NCBI GenBank assembly: GCA_013375485.1 | Contig: JABXKB010000043.1 | Span: 1-20,308, forward strand | Direction: 5' to 3' | Length of the DNA stretch: 20,308 nt | From: Promethearchaeota archaeon | GTDB lineage: Archaea > Asgardarchaeota > Lokiarchaeia > Sigyniarchaeales > SOKP01 | In this document: in pieces, positions 7,294 through 15,210 of the stretch | Layout: each line of letters opens with the position of its first letter | Position numbering within the stretch: position 1 is the stretch's first letter | The notes under the pieces: model-generated | What the model was told of the DNA's origin: nothing | Database searches by the model: none | What the model saw: only the letters and a program-made list of their open reading frames with translations | Position numbers and translations under genes: made by a program

Positions 7294-8196
7294 TTGATAA
7301 AAGACATAGAGAAAAAATTTGTTGAAGGGAATTTAAAATTTAAATGGAAAATTATGCAAGATTTAGAAAGCATTAAAATTCGGAAAAATTTTCCTAAATA
7401 TCCTGTTTTAATTCTTACTTGTATGGATCCGAGAATAAATATCAATGAAATTTTTCAACTTAATTCAGGAGATGTCTTTGTTTTAAGAAATGCAGGAAAT
7501 ATTTACACTATAGATGTCTTAAGGTCCATTTTACTTACGATTTTTAAATATAAAGTTAAATATGTAATAATATTAGGACATTTAGACTGTGGGATGCTAA
7601 AGATAAATCTAACAGAACTAAGACAAAAATTACCGTCTAAATTTCTGTCAAGTTTATCAAAAAATTATACAGACCTTCTTCCAAAATTAAGAGATTTTTT
7701 TAAACCAATCCTTGATGAAATACAAAATATAAAAGAACAAATCAAGAGTTTGGAAAAAATTAAGGATTTTTACCCCGAAATTGAAATCACTGGAATGTTA
7801 TATGATATTAAAACAGGTCTCGTTTTTGAGTATGAGAAATTCAAAGATTATAGAGATATCGAGGACTTTAAAACAAGTTATAAGGGAATAATTATTAATA
7901 AGAAACATCAATTCACAGAATTTTTAGGCAAAATTGAAGAAGAAAATGTTACAATTGATGATTCAAATGATCTTTCACAAGAAAAAGCATTAAATGAAGG
8001 TAAATCTTTTACTATTGCTGAAATAAAAGAAGAACATAAGAACATTTCTATCCTTGGACAAAAAGAGTCTAAGGAGTATGATAGAGAGATAATCCATATG
8101 ATTATTCCGAAAATTAAAGTTCCAAAAATCAAATTTCACGGAGTTAAAATATATATCCCTAAAAATTATAATAACAAAAAAGAAATTGTTAATTGA
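7294..8196 (+). CDS. Beta-class carbonic anhydrase with a ~110-aa K/E/I-rich C-terminal extension
   Basis: Zinc-ligand and catalytic motifs appear in the right order: TCMDPR (C-x-D-x-R), VLRNAGN, GHLDCGM (H-x-x-C). TTG start as listed; an in-frame ATG 60 nt downstream is an alternative start. Confidence 0.65.
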   Translation: MIKDIEKKFVEGNLKFKWKIMQDLESIKIRKNFPKYPVLILTCMDPRININEIFQLNSGDVFVLRNAGNIYTIDVLRSILLTIFKYKVKYVIILGHLDCGMLKINLTELRQKLPSKFLSSLSKNYTDLLPKLRDFFKPILDEIQNIKEQIKSLEKIKDFYPEIEITGMLYDIKTGLVFEYEKFKDYRDIEDFKTSYKGIIINKKHQFTEFLGKIEEENVTIDDSNDLSQEKALNEGKSFTIAEIKEEHKNISILGQKESKEYDREIIHMIIPKIKVPKIKFHGVKIYIPKNYNNKKEIVN

Positions 8197-8235
8197 GACT
8201 GAAAAGGTAATTAAATTTTTGGAGATTAAAGAGAT

Positions 8236-8499
8236 TTGTCTAAAATAAATTACATATCAAGTGATTTGAAATCTCAATGTACAGAAGATAAAAAAAGTGG
8301 GCACAATCTTTCTAAAAAGTATTGTGGAAATTGTAATAAAGAGTATATATTTGAAAATGTTATAGGAGAATATCCAGAGTTATTTCACGGTCCTATAACA
8401 ACATTATGGAAGAATTCAGAAATAAAATTTTATTGTTCTTATTGTTATCTGTTAAAAATAATTAAATCTATTAAAAAAAATAAAAAAAATCAATCCTAA
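8236..8499 (+). CDS. Small Cys-rich (zinc-ribbon-like) protein, hypothetical
   Basis: TTG start. CGNCNKEY...YCSYCY gives a CxxC...CxxC arrangement, followed by a basic K-rich tail. There is no overlap with neighbouring genes. Confidence 0.35.
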   Translation: MSKINYISSDLKSQCTEDKKSGHNLSKKYCGNCNKEYIFENVIGEYPELFHGPITTLWKNSEIKFYCSYCYLLKIIKSIKKNKKNQS

Positions 8500-8507
8500 A
8501 CATTTTT

Positions 8508-8957
8508 TTACTTATCCTTCTTACTAAATTCTGTTAAATTTTTTAACTGTCTTCGTAAATAGCCTTCAAATTCATCAATTTCCTTTTCAGAAAAATCTTT
8601 ATAAAAAATATCTTTCATTTCGTTAGATACTTGAAGAAATTTCTCTTGTAAGGCTTCATTTTTTTTTGTTAGTTTTATAGTTATAGTTCGCTTATCTATT
8701 TTAGAACGTACTCTCTCAATATGTCCAGCTTCTTCAAGCTTATCTAGCATATATGATAATGTTGCTTTACTCAGCATCGTCTTCTTTTTAAGATCTTGGA
8801 ATGAGATATTATCTTGGTGCCAAAGTGGGAAAATTACTCTACCTTGAGCAGCACTAATTTCGTCAATTTTGTTTTCTTTTAGCAAATTGTTAAAAATTAA
8901 TTGTGAAAGCTCACGAATTTTTGTAATTAAAAAACCCCCTTCCCTTAACTTTTCCAT
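8508..8957 (-). CDS. MarR family transcriptional regulator
   Basis: ISAAQGRVIFPLW...ISFQDLKKKTMLSKATLSYMLDKLEEAGHIERVRSKIDKRTITIKLTKKN is the canonical MarR winged helix-turn-helix with the D-x-R wing. At 149 aa the size is typical. Confidence 0.85.
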   Translation of the reverse strand: MEKLREGGFLITKIRELSQLIFNNLLKENKIDEISAAQGRVIFPLWHQDNISFQDLKKKTMLSKATLSYMLDKLEEAGHIERVRSKIDKRTITIKLTKKNEALQEKFLQVSNEMKDIFYKDFSEKEIDEFEGYLRRQLKNLTEFSKKDK

Positions 8958-9023
8958 TGATATTCACTTAGTTCAAACATTTTTTTAATTTAAAAGTTGG
9001 AATTTTACATAAAAATAATTTAT

Positions 9024-9842
9024 TTATAAAGCTGATAGAAAATTTTCTACAGCATTTCTGAATAATTCAGGTTGATCATCATGTACTACATGGCCCGCAT
9101 TTGGAATCTCGATTAACTGACAGTTCTTTACTATTTTTAACATCTTTTCAGCATGTTCGCGTTGAAAACCACTATCCCCGCCCTTAATAATCAGTGTGGG
9201 ACATTTTATTTGTTCTAATTCATCCCATCTTGAATTTTCAAAACTGAAACTAAGAATTTTAAGTAAATGTTCAAAACTAAAGATAGGATAGTATCCTAAT
9301 TCATTTTCTTCAAGTAATTCTATAAAATGATCCGCATATGTGGGATGTAAACCTCCAAAAAATTGACGTGCTTCTTTTAAGCAACTAAATGGTATAGGCC
9401 ATGATTCAAAGAATTTTTTCCAATCCTCAACGGCTTCCATAGGGGGTGATTGAGCACTTTTATCTTCGATAATGAGAGCTTTAACAAGGTGTGGATGCAA
9501 CGCTGCTAAACCCCAAGCTATCGAACCCCCCATAGAATGCCCAATTGCAATACTATTATAAATACCGAGCTCATTCATAGCTATTGCAATGTCTTCAATC
9601 ATTACATCTCGAGAGTAATTATCATTAGGTTTTTCACTTCTTCCATGCCCTCTTTGATCGAATCCTATAACATGATAACTTCCTTTCATCCATAGTACTG
9701 TTTCATACCAAGTGGATGCTCTTGACATAAGTCCATGCAGGAGGATAACGTTTTCTCCTGATCCTCCAAAATCAATATAAGCTAATCGAACATCCTTTCC
9801 ATTGATATATCCTCTTTTTAAATCATTCACTTTAAAAATCAC
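9024..9842 (-). CDS. Alpha/beta-fold hydrolase
   Basis: GTG start. VILLHGLMSRASTW (oxyanion-hole HG region), the nucleophile elbow GHSMGG, and the C-terminal NAGHVVHDDQPE (catalytic His) all fit the fold. Confidence 0.85.
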   Translation of the reverse strand: MIFKVNDLKRGYINGKDVRLAYIDFGGSGENVILLHGLMSRASTWYETVLWMKGSYHVIGFDQRGHGRSEKPNDNYSRDVMIEDIAIAMNELGIYNSIAIGHSMGGSIAWGLAALHPHLVKALIIEDKSAQSPPMEAVEDWKKFFESWPIPFSCLKEARQFFGGLHPTYADHFIELLEENELGYYPIFSFEHLLKILSFSFENSRWDELEQIKCPTLIIKGGDSGFQREHAEKMLKIVKNCQLIEIPNAGHVVHDDQPELFRNAVENFLSAL

Positions 9843-9949
9843 CGAATTAAGTAAGTTTTTCTCGATGTGTTTCTTTTTTTAGGTTATTGGAAAAACAAAA
9901 TGCCAAATCTCACACCACATCTTTATCTAGTTTGACTTATTATTATAGA

Positions 9950-10420
9950 TTAGTCTATTCCTGGTTTAAATTCAACTTGATTTAACTTATAATAGAACCT
10001 TGCATCTTTAGGTTTAAATCGAAGTATAGTATAATCAGGATCCTCCAATCCTTTTGGATAATACCTTATAGATGTATCTAACCAGAATTGTCGCTTAATA
10101 TCCATATCTTCAACTATTTCTGCTTCACCTCCAAACATTACTCCTTTAAAATCTTCGGTGTCGCAGAAATAAACAGAAACTTTAGGATTTTCCTTTATGT
10201 GGTCGATTTTAGATGAGCTAGTATTTGTTGAGAAATAAATTACATATTTATCTTCCAGTTTATCGTAGAATTTAGAAAATTCAGGATAGCGTTCCCTATA
10301 TCGTGTGTTAAGCAATGCTCTTGTTATAGGAAAGCCATCAGAGTCAATTGTTGACAAATAGGCTAAAAGGGAATTTTCTATTAATTCCTCACTTAATTTT
10401 ATTACTTCTTCTAATTCCAA
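9950..10420 (-). CDS. Pyridoxamine 5'-phosphate oxidase-like (FMN-binding split-barrel) family protein, paralog 1
   Basis: LAYLSTIDSDGFPITRAL...YFSTNTSSSKIDHIKENPKVSVYF...FKGVMFGGEAEIV fits the PNPOx-like / general-stress-protein-26 pattern. Same length (156 aa) as the adjacent gene and collinear with it. Confidence 0.6.
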   Translation of the reverse strand: MELEEVIKLSEELIENSLLAYLSTIDSDGFPITRALLNTRYRERYPEFSKFYDKLEDKYVIYFSTNTSSSKIDHIKENPKVSVYFCDTEDFKGVMFGGEAEIVEDMDIKRQFWLDTSIRYYPKGLEDPDYTILRFKPKDARFYYKLNQVEFKPGID

Positions 10421-10459
10421 ATTTTTTACATCTCCTTCTAATTTTAAAAAGCATGTAAA

Positions 10460-10930
10460 TTATTCTTTTCCCGGGTCAAAATGTACGTTTTGTAATTTAT
10501 AATAAAACCTTGCTTGATTAGGATTCAATCTGAGCAAGGCATAATCAGGATCTTCCAAACCATCTGGATAATACCTCTTCCACCAGTCTAACCATACTTT
10601 TCGTTTTATTTCCATGTCATCAATTTTTTCTACTTCTCCACCAAACATGACACCTTTAAAATTTTCGGGATCACAATAATACACACTAATTTTTGGATTG
10701 CTCTTAATATGTTCGATTTTTGATGATGCTGTATTTGTGATTATATATATTATATATTCATGTTCTTGATTAGCGAAAAATTCAGAAAATTCGGGAAATT
10801 GTTCCTTATTTCTTAGATTAAACATTGCTCTTGTTATAGGAAATCCTTCTGGGTCAATAGTCGTAAGATATGCCGCTTTTGAAGTCTCTATTAGTTCAAG
10901 ACTTAATTTTTTTACTTCATATAATTCCAT
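10460..10930 (-). CDS. Pyridoxamine 5'-phosphate oxidase-like (FMN-binding split-barrel) family protein, paralog 2
   Basis: 156 aa and alignable without gaps to 9950..10420, with well over half of positions identical by eye (e.g. GFPITRA, SSKI.HIK.NPK.SVY.CD, FKGVMFGGE, YYP.GLEDPDY, ARFYYKL). Confidence 0.6.
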   Translation of the reverse strand: MELYEVKKLSLELIETSKAAYLTTIDPEGFPITRAMFNLRNKEQFPEFSEFFANQEHEYIIYIITNTASSKIEHIKSNPKISVYYCDPENFKGVMFGGEVEKIDDMEIKRKVWLDWWKRYYPDGLEDPDYALLRLNPNQARFYYKLQNVHFDPGKE

Positions 10931-10964
10931 ATTTCATACCTCTTAATTTAATTTGGGCTTAAAA

Positions 10965-11303
10965 TCATAAATTCTTTCTAATTTCATCTAATCTTTCTTT
11001 TGCTGATGGTGTTTTATCAAAAGTCATCTTTAAGTTTTCACAAAAATATTCTTCACAGTATGCACAATTTTCAAATCCTTTCTCACGAGAACAACTCCTT
11101 ATTGGGCATTCACCGCACCAACTAAAAAGTCTCCCTTCTGAAGTGCATCCATCACAATAAATCTCCTCTATTTTAAATGGCATTGATTCACTTGACCATT
11201 CTTTTGCAACTTTTTTGAGTTCTTTCTTATCATTTTTTTGAGTGGCTAAATATGCAGGACACTCTGAACAATTAATTCCGCAATAGGCAATTATTTTTTC
11301 CAT
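10965..11303 (-). CDS. DUF3795-like Cys-rich protein
   Basis: IAYCGINCSECPAY...YCDGCTSEG...WCGECPIRSCSREKGFENCAYCEEYFCENL shows the Cys spacing characteristic of DUF3795 proteins. Recognised from memory. Confidence 0.55.
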   Translation of the reverse strand: MEKIIAYCGINCSECPAYLATQKNDKKELKKVAKEWSSESMPFKIEEIYCDGCTSEGRLFSWCGECPIRSCSREKGFENCAYCEEYFCENLKMTFDKTPSAKERLDEIRKNL

Positions 11304-11360
11304 ATTTTATTTTCTCTTTTCATTAATTATTAGATTTTAAATTAAATTTTAAAAAAAAAT

Positions 11361-11939
11361 TTATTTTTTAGGTTTATAACTTGTTCCTACTTCATATGCT
11401 TCTGCTAAATAGTCCCCAATTTTCCGATAAGGACCATGAGGCATTAAACAGATAAAGGAGTCAAAACTATTGACATCTGGTTCTTTATTTTTTACATATT
11501 TCTCATCAGAATATATTTCGACAATTTCTCCTATAAGAAAATCAGTATTTTTGAATTCTTTAATATTCACTAGTTTACATTCGATATTAACACTACATTC
11601 TTCAATCATTGGGGCAGTCCCAAGATCCCCATAAAATAGCTCAAATTCCTTGGCTTTATCAACTTTGGATCCAGAATGTAGACCACAATAATCTGTAACT
11701 ACAACCATATCACTAGTAGGAATATTGATACTAAATGATCTATTTTCCTTAACTCCTGGATTAGTATAGTGCTTTTTTGACATTGCCACACCTATCAATG
11801 GAGGATTATCATGTAGCATATTAAACCATATAATTGTATTGAAGTTAGGTTTACCATTCACGTGAGCTCCTAATATACATACTGGCAAGGGTAATGGTGG
11901 TAATTTCCATCCTGTTTTGACTTTATTTATTTTTTTCAC
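11361..11939 (-). CDS. Flavin reductase-like domain protein
   Basis: GTG start with a TAG immediately upstream in frame. PLPVCILGAHVNGKPNFNTIIWFNMLHDNPPLIGVAMSKKHYTNPGVKENRSFSINIP matches the flavin_reduct domain pattern (P.pv.lvt....g..N..t.sw......PP.v.v......t...i.....F.vNi). Confidence 0.7.
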   Translation of the reverse strand: MKKINKVKTGWKLPPLPLPVCILGAHVNGKPNFNTIIWFNMLHDNPPLIGVAMSKKHYTNPGVKENRSFSINIPTSDMVVVTDYCGLHSGSKVDKAKEFELFYGDLGTAPMIEECSVNIECKLVNIKEFKNTDFLIGEIVEIYSDEKYVKNKEPDVNSFDSFICLMPHGPYRKIGDYLAEAYEVGTSYKPKK

Positions 11940-12589
11940 CTATATTATACTTTTTTGAATTTTCTATTTCAGTAGGAATTTTTTCTTTATATATACCATT
12001 ATTTCGGGGAATTGGTTCATTATAATAAATATAATTATCAATTCCAAAACGAAACGACATTGTTTCCATATTTTTTTCTTTTATTTTTGGTGATTTAGAT
12101 CAATTTTGTTTGATGTCGAACAAGATCGTTCTATATCGAACAATTTTACTTTATATATAAAGGTTTCTAAAGTTTTCATCTTCTTCATAAATTTATATTT
12201 CTACTGAGATTTGATAAATATCGTCTTCCTAAAGACATGATATTTTCGAAACCTATTTAAAATTTTGTATCGTGTGCCGTTTTACTTGTACCAAAAAGGA
12301 ATTAAATTTTACTTTAAAAAAAAAGATTTTCCAAGAAGGGATTCATGAAAAAATCATTTATTATTAACTTTTATACTACCATAGAGAAACATTGACAGTA
12401 CGCAAACCATCCCCAAAATAATAAATGGATGGTACATCTAATCTTCGATATGTTTCTACATATAGAAAAGTATTTATTGTGAATTTTCTAAAAGAAGCAA
12501 GTTAATGGTTTAATTTCTTTCTTTCCATTCATCAATCATCTCCTTAATTTCTTCAGGAGCATCTGAATTTGTGAACCTTATATTTTCGG

Positions 12590-13204
12590 TTAAATTACTT
12601 GATTCATCATTATTACCACAAATATGATTGGAAGGAACAGCACCAAAATTACTACAATACAGAGCCTTTTACTTTCCATCCTCAGTTTATTAGCTAAATC
12701 TATTCTTCTATTAAAAAAAACTAATTGATCTTCTTCTGTAATAAATTCGTATATATTATTTAATGTATTTCTTTTCTTTTCTTGAGGGTGATACAGGTTA
12801 AAAGGGGGAATTGGCCCTGGCCACATGTTTCTTACCCTCAAAAATTTTCCATGTTCTCGTTCTCTTTCATTTCTTAATATTTTCTCACTTTCTAAATATA
12901 TTTTCATCTCTCTTTTTTTTAGTTGTTTTAATTCAATCTTATTTTGCTTTAGCAAATCTTTTACAAATTCACCAGCTTTTTTTCTTTCCATTAATTTTGC
13001 AGACTCTCCTTCCAATTCTTTAATCTTGTTTAATATTTTCATTGCTTCATTTGTTAATTCTCCCCATCGTAATTTAAATTCTATAAATACTTTGTCTTCT
13101 ATTGCTTCATCTCTTTCTTGAATCAATTGTTTGAAGTCTTTAAATCTAATTGGAATATCTCTTTTCTTTCTTTCAAATTCTTCTTCCTCTTCTTTATCAT
13201 TCAT
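12590..13204 (-). CDS. Tail-anchored coiled-coil protein (hypothetical)
   Basis: ATG start. The body is highly charged K/E-rich and predicted helical or coiled-coil. A Pro-rich break (WPGPIPPFNLYHP) and a short helical segment follow, then a single C-terminal TM helix (LCIVVILVLFLPIIFVVIMM) 4 residues from the stop. Confidence 0.5.
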   Translation of the reverse strand: MNDKEEEEEFERKKRDIPIRFKDFKQLIQERDEAIEDKVFIEFKLRWGELTNEAMKILNKIKELEGESAKLMERKKAGEFVKDLLKQNKIELKQLKKREMKIYLESEKILRNEREREHGKFLRVRNMWPGPIPPFNLYHPQEKKRNTLNNIYEFITEEDQLVFFNRRIDLANKLRMESKRLCIVVILVLFLPIIFVVIMMNQVI

Positions 13205-13856
13205 ATTTAGTTCTTGGGTTTAGTATGATTAAAATTAAACCGACAGTTTTCACTTCTTATATAATAAATTAAAATAATTATGATATAATTAGAATCTTTT
13301 GTATATAATATTATATGGTGGTATTAGCATTAAAATTTAAAAATAAGCTATTTAAATAGATTATAAAATAAATTTATACATTTCTTTAGTGAAAAACTAT
13401 GATTAAATACATTTTTTTGATTATATTCTTCATTGTTGCTAATTATAGAAATATTTGCTGAATATAAAGACAATAAAAAAATCGAATACTTTGCGAAGCC
13501 ACTCTTAATGTCGCTTTTTTTTCATCAAATTCTATTTTTAGGAAACCCAATTATTGTTTTCACCCCAAAACCCTTCTAGGAGTCCACTCAGAGCTTTGGA
13601 TACAAAACCAAAAATATAATCCTAAACAAATTATATTTAACCCAAATTTACTTAAAAATGAATGTAATTTAATTGAGGTAAATATAAAATGATAAGAAAA
13701 AATAAAACAATTTTAAATGTAGGCATAGGAATAGTTAGTCGGCTTTTTACTCGTTTAAAATGGTTATACTATTTGTTTAATATGTAATTTATCTTGTAAA
13801 AAAATTTTTAATTTAGCAATAATTTAATGTTAGTAGCATAGGTTTTAAAAAAAGGT

Positions 13857-13959
13857 GCCTCAATAGCTCAGTCGGTAGAGCGTTGCCTTGGTAAGGCAAA
13901 GGTCGGGGGATCATAATATGCGAGTATTTAGCTCGAAAAGGATAAACCCCCTTGGGGCT
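13857..13959 (+). tRNA. tRNA-Thr (anticodon GGU) with a ~30-nt insertion (non-canonical intron) in the T-loop
   Basis: Hand-folded. Acceptor: GCCTCAA / TTGGGGC (7 bp, one G-U). D-arm: GCTC-AGTCGGTA-GAGC. Anticodon arm: TTGCC-TTGGTAA-GGCAA. Variable loop: AGGTC. T-stem: GGGGG / CCCCC, enclosing 37 nt instead of 7. Discriminator: T. Confidence 0.75.
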
Positions 13960-13975
13960 CCATCTAAACTAAGGC

Positions 13976-14083
13976 GCCGGTGTGGCTTAGCTGGTTATAG
14001 CGCCAGACTCATAATCCTTCTGAAAAAATGGGTCAGACTGGATGTATTCTGGAGGTTCGAGGGCTCAAATCCCTCCACCGGCA
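13976..14083 (+). tRNA. tRNA with CAU anticodon (elongator Met or Ile2) carrying a ~33-nt intron at or next to the canonical 37/38 position
   Basis: Hand-folded. Acceptor: GCCGGTG / CACCGGC. D-arm: GCTT...(T)AGC. Anticodon stem and loop: CCAGA-CTCATAA, then the insertion TCCTTCTGAAAAAATGGGTCAGACTGGATGTA(T), then TCTGG. Variable loop: AGGTT. T-arm: CGAGGG-CTCAAAT-CCCTC(G). Discriminator: A. The G1-C72 pair and the lack of a GGG/CCC anticodon stem argue against an initiator tRNA. Confidence 0.85.
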
Positions 14084-14104
14084 CTCTTTCTATCTATTTA
14101 ATAT

Positions 14105-15115
14105 TCAAAAGCAAAATTCACCATATTTAACTACAGTCTTGGTTGAGCCATCTTTGTACGTTACGTTTATCGTTGGTTTATAGAACAAGAAATCTCTATG
14201 AGTTTTAGATCTATTCTGTCCACCCTTCATATTTTCATTATTACCAAATGCAATATGGGCTGTTCCAAGAGCTTTTTCATCTTCAAGCAAAATTCCACTC
14301 AGTTTAGCACCAGGGTTAAGACCTATTCCTAATTCTCCAATTATCCTAGCCTCTTCATCCAAGCTAGTTAATATCTCAACTTCCTCAACTAATTTTTGAT
14401 CTTTGCTTTCCAAATTAATAATTTTTCCATTTTTTACATATATTTTTAAGGGTTTCTTTACTTTACCAATATCACCAATAGAACCATCACATACAATAAT
14501 GCCATCAGCCCTAGATTCAATGGGACCGCACCAAATTTCACCACACGGTAGATTCGCAAAATATGGCTCCTTGATAATTTTAGCATCTGTAGAAAAAGCG
14601 CGCTCTTCTATATCTAATACGATATCCGATCCTCCTGGTGCTGTAACATGAACTATTTTAGCATTATCAAAACTTTTAATCATTTTATCTGCTGCTAATA
14701 CCATTTTTTCATAATCAACATTCATGGGACCTTCAAGCATCATCGATTTGGTGATACTTGGCCCATGACCTATTCGAATAGATTTAGTAGCAACCATTTC
14801 TTTTATCCATTTAGCTCGAAATGGAGTTTCCTCACCTGATCCTTTAAATACATTAATTATTATAGATTTTCCTTTTGCAAACTCGCTCATTTCTGCGGGT
14901 ATTTCTAATAGTGGTCGCAGTTTTTCAGGCAATAAATATATTTGTGCTGTACAACCATAATCAATAGCTGCATCATGAAAAGCATTCCCTATATTTTTAG
15001 TATATTCATCAGACACAACTAACACAATATCTTCTTTTTTTAAATTCATAACATGAATCATATAATTTTTAGCTGAAGTTTTCATCATTTCGAATTCATT
15101 CATATTAGTATTCAC
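14105..15115 (-). CDS. Aminopeptidase, M29 (AmpS/PepS, thermophilic metalloprotease) family-like
   Basis: The C-terminal GELGIGLNPGAKLSGILLEDEKALGTAHIAFGNN matches the conserved M29 signature (E.GiG.N.......l.DEK..GT.HiA.G). The N-terminal KKEDIVLVVSDE region is also typical. GTG start as listed; ATG at 15103 is an alternative. Confidence 0.6.
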   Translation of the reverse strand: MNTNMNEFEMMKTSAKNYMIHVMNLKKEDIVLVVSDEYTKNIGNAFHDAAIDYGCTAQIYLLPEKLRPLLEIPAEMSEFAKGKSIIINVFKGSGEETPFRAKWIKEMVATKSIRIGHGPSITKSMMLEGPMNVDYEKMVLAADKMIKSFDNAKIVHVTAPGGSDIVLDIEERAFSTDAKIIKEPYFANLPCGEIWCGPIESRADGIIVCDGSIGDIGKVKKPLKIYVKNGKIINLESKDQKLVEEVEILTSLDEEARIIGELGIGLNPGAKLSGILLEDEKALGTAHIAFGNNENMKGGQNRSKTHRDFLFYKPTINVTYKDGSTKTVVKYGEFCF

Positions 15116-15210
15116 ACGATTCCGTACAGTAAAATAATCGATTTTTTATTATTATTGGAAAAAATTAGTTATTAAACTTAATTCTTTCTAAAGAAATAAA
15201 ATGCTTTCTT

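Noticed and set aside
5800-8132. Minus-strand ORFs 5800..6021 and 7908..8132
   Set aside because: They are antisense shadow ORFs inside the flotillin and carbonic anhydrase genes and have no recognisable motifs.
12500-12700. Alternative minus-strand frame overlapping the end of the 204-aa gene (…CGNNDESSNLTENIRFTNSDAPEEIKEMIDEWKERN*), hinting at a frameshift
   Set aside because: That frame has no start codon before its last few residues and is closed by a stop just upstream. The annotated frame gives a coherent TM anchor, so nothing supports a programmed or erroneous frameshift.
12811-13121. Plus-strand ORFs 12811..13023 and 12825..13121
   Set aside because: They are antisense to the K/E-rich coiled-coil gene. 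The complement of AAG/GAA-rich codons gives F/L/S-rich stop-free frames by composition alone.
12590-13204. Annotating the tail-anchored coiled-coil protein as a SNARE or syntaxin homolog
   Set aside because: Topology alone is not diagnostic. The helical segment adjacent to the TM anchor is only about 35 aa, after a Pro-rich break, and I cannot identify a heptad register or a zero-layer residue by eye.
13399-13787. Micro-ORFs in the spacer upstream of the tRNAs (20 codons from ATG 13399; 32 codons from ATG 13689 with a GAGGT upstream)
   Set aside because: They are too short and too compositionally unremarkable to call as genes from sequence alone. They are mentioned only as candidates within the long-spacer finding.
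11940-13856. Integrated mobile element targeting the adjacent tRNA genes
   Set aside because: No integrase, transposase or replication gene is present. I also found no direct repeat duplicating a tRNA 3' or 5' segment in the flanking non-coding DNA.
13854-13978. Alternative fold of the first tRNA using GGTGCCT / AGGCGCC as the acceptor stem
   Set aside because: It would overlap the 5' end of the second tRNA and put the D-arm out of register. It would also leave about 20 unpaired nt after the T-stem. The GCCTCAA / TTGGGGC acceptor gives a canonical cloverleaf apart from the T-loop insert.
13888-14130. 80-aa plus-strand ORF (MVRQRSGDHNMRVF...)
   Set aside because: It lies entirely across the two tRNA genes and their introns, and its relatively GC-rich composition comes from the tRNA sequence. 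It is a spurious read-through ORF.
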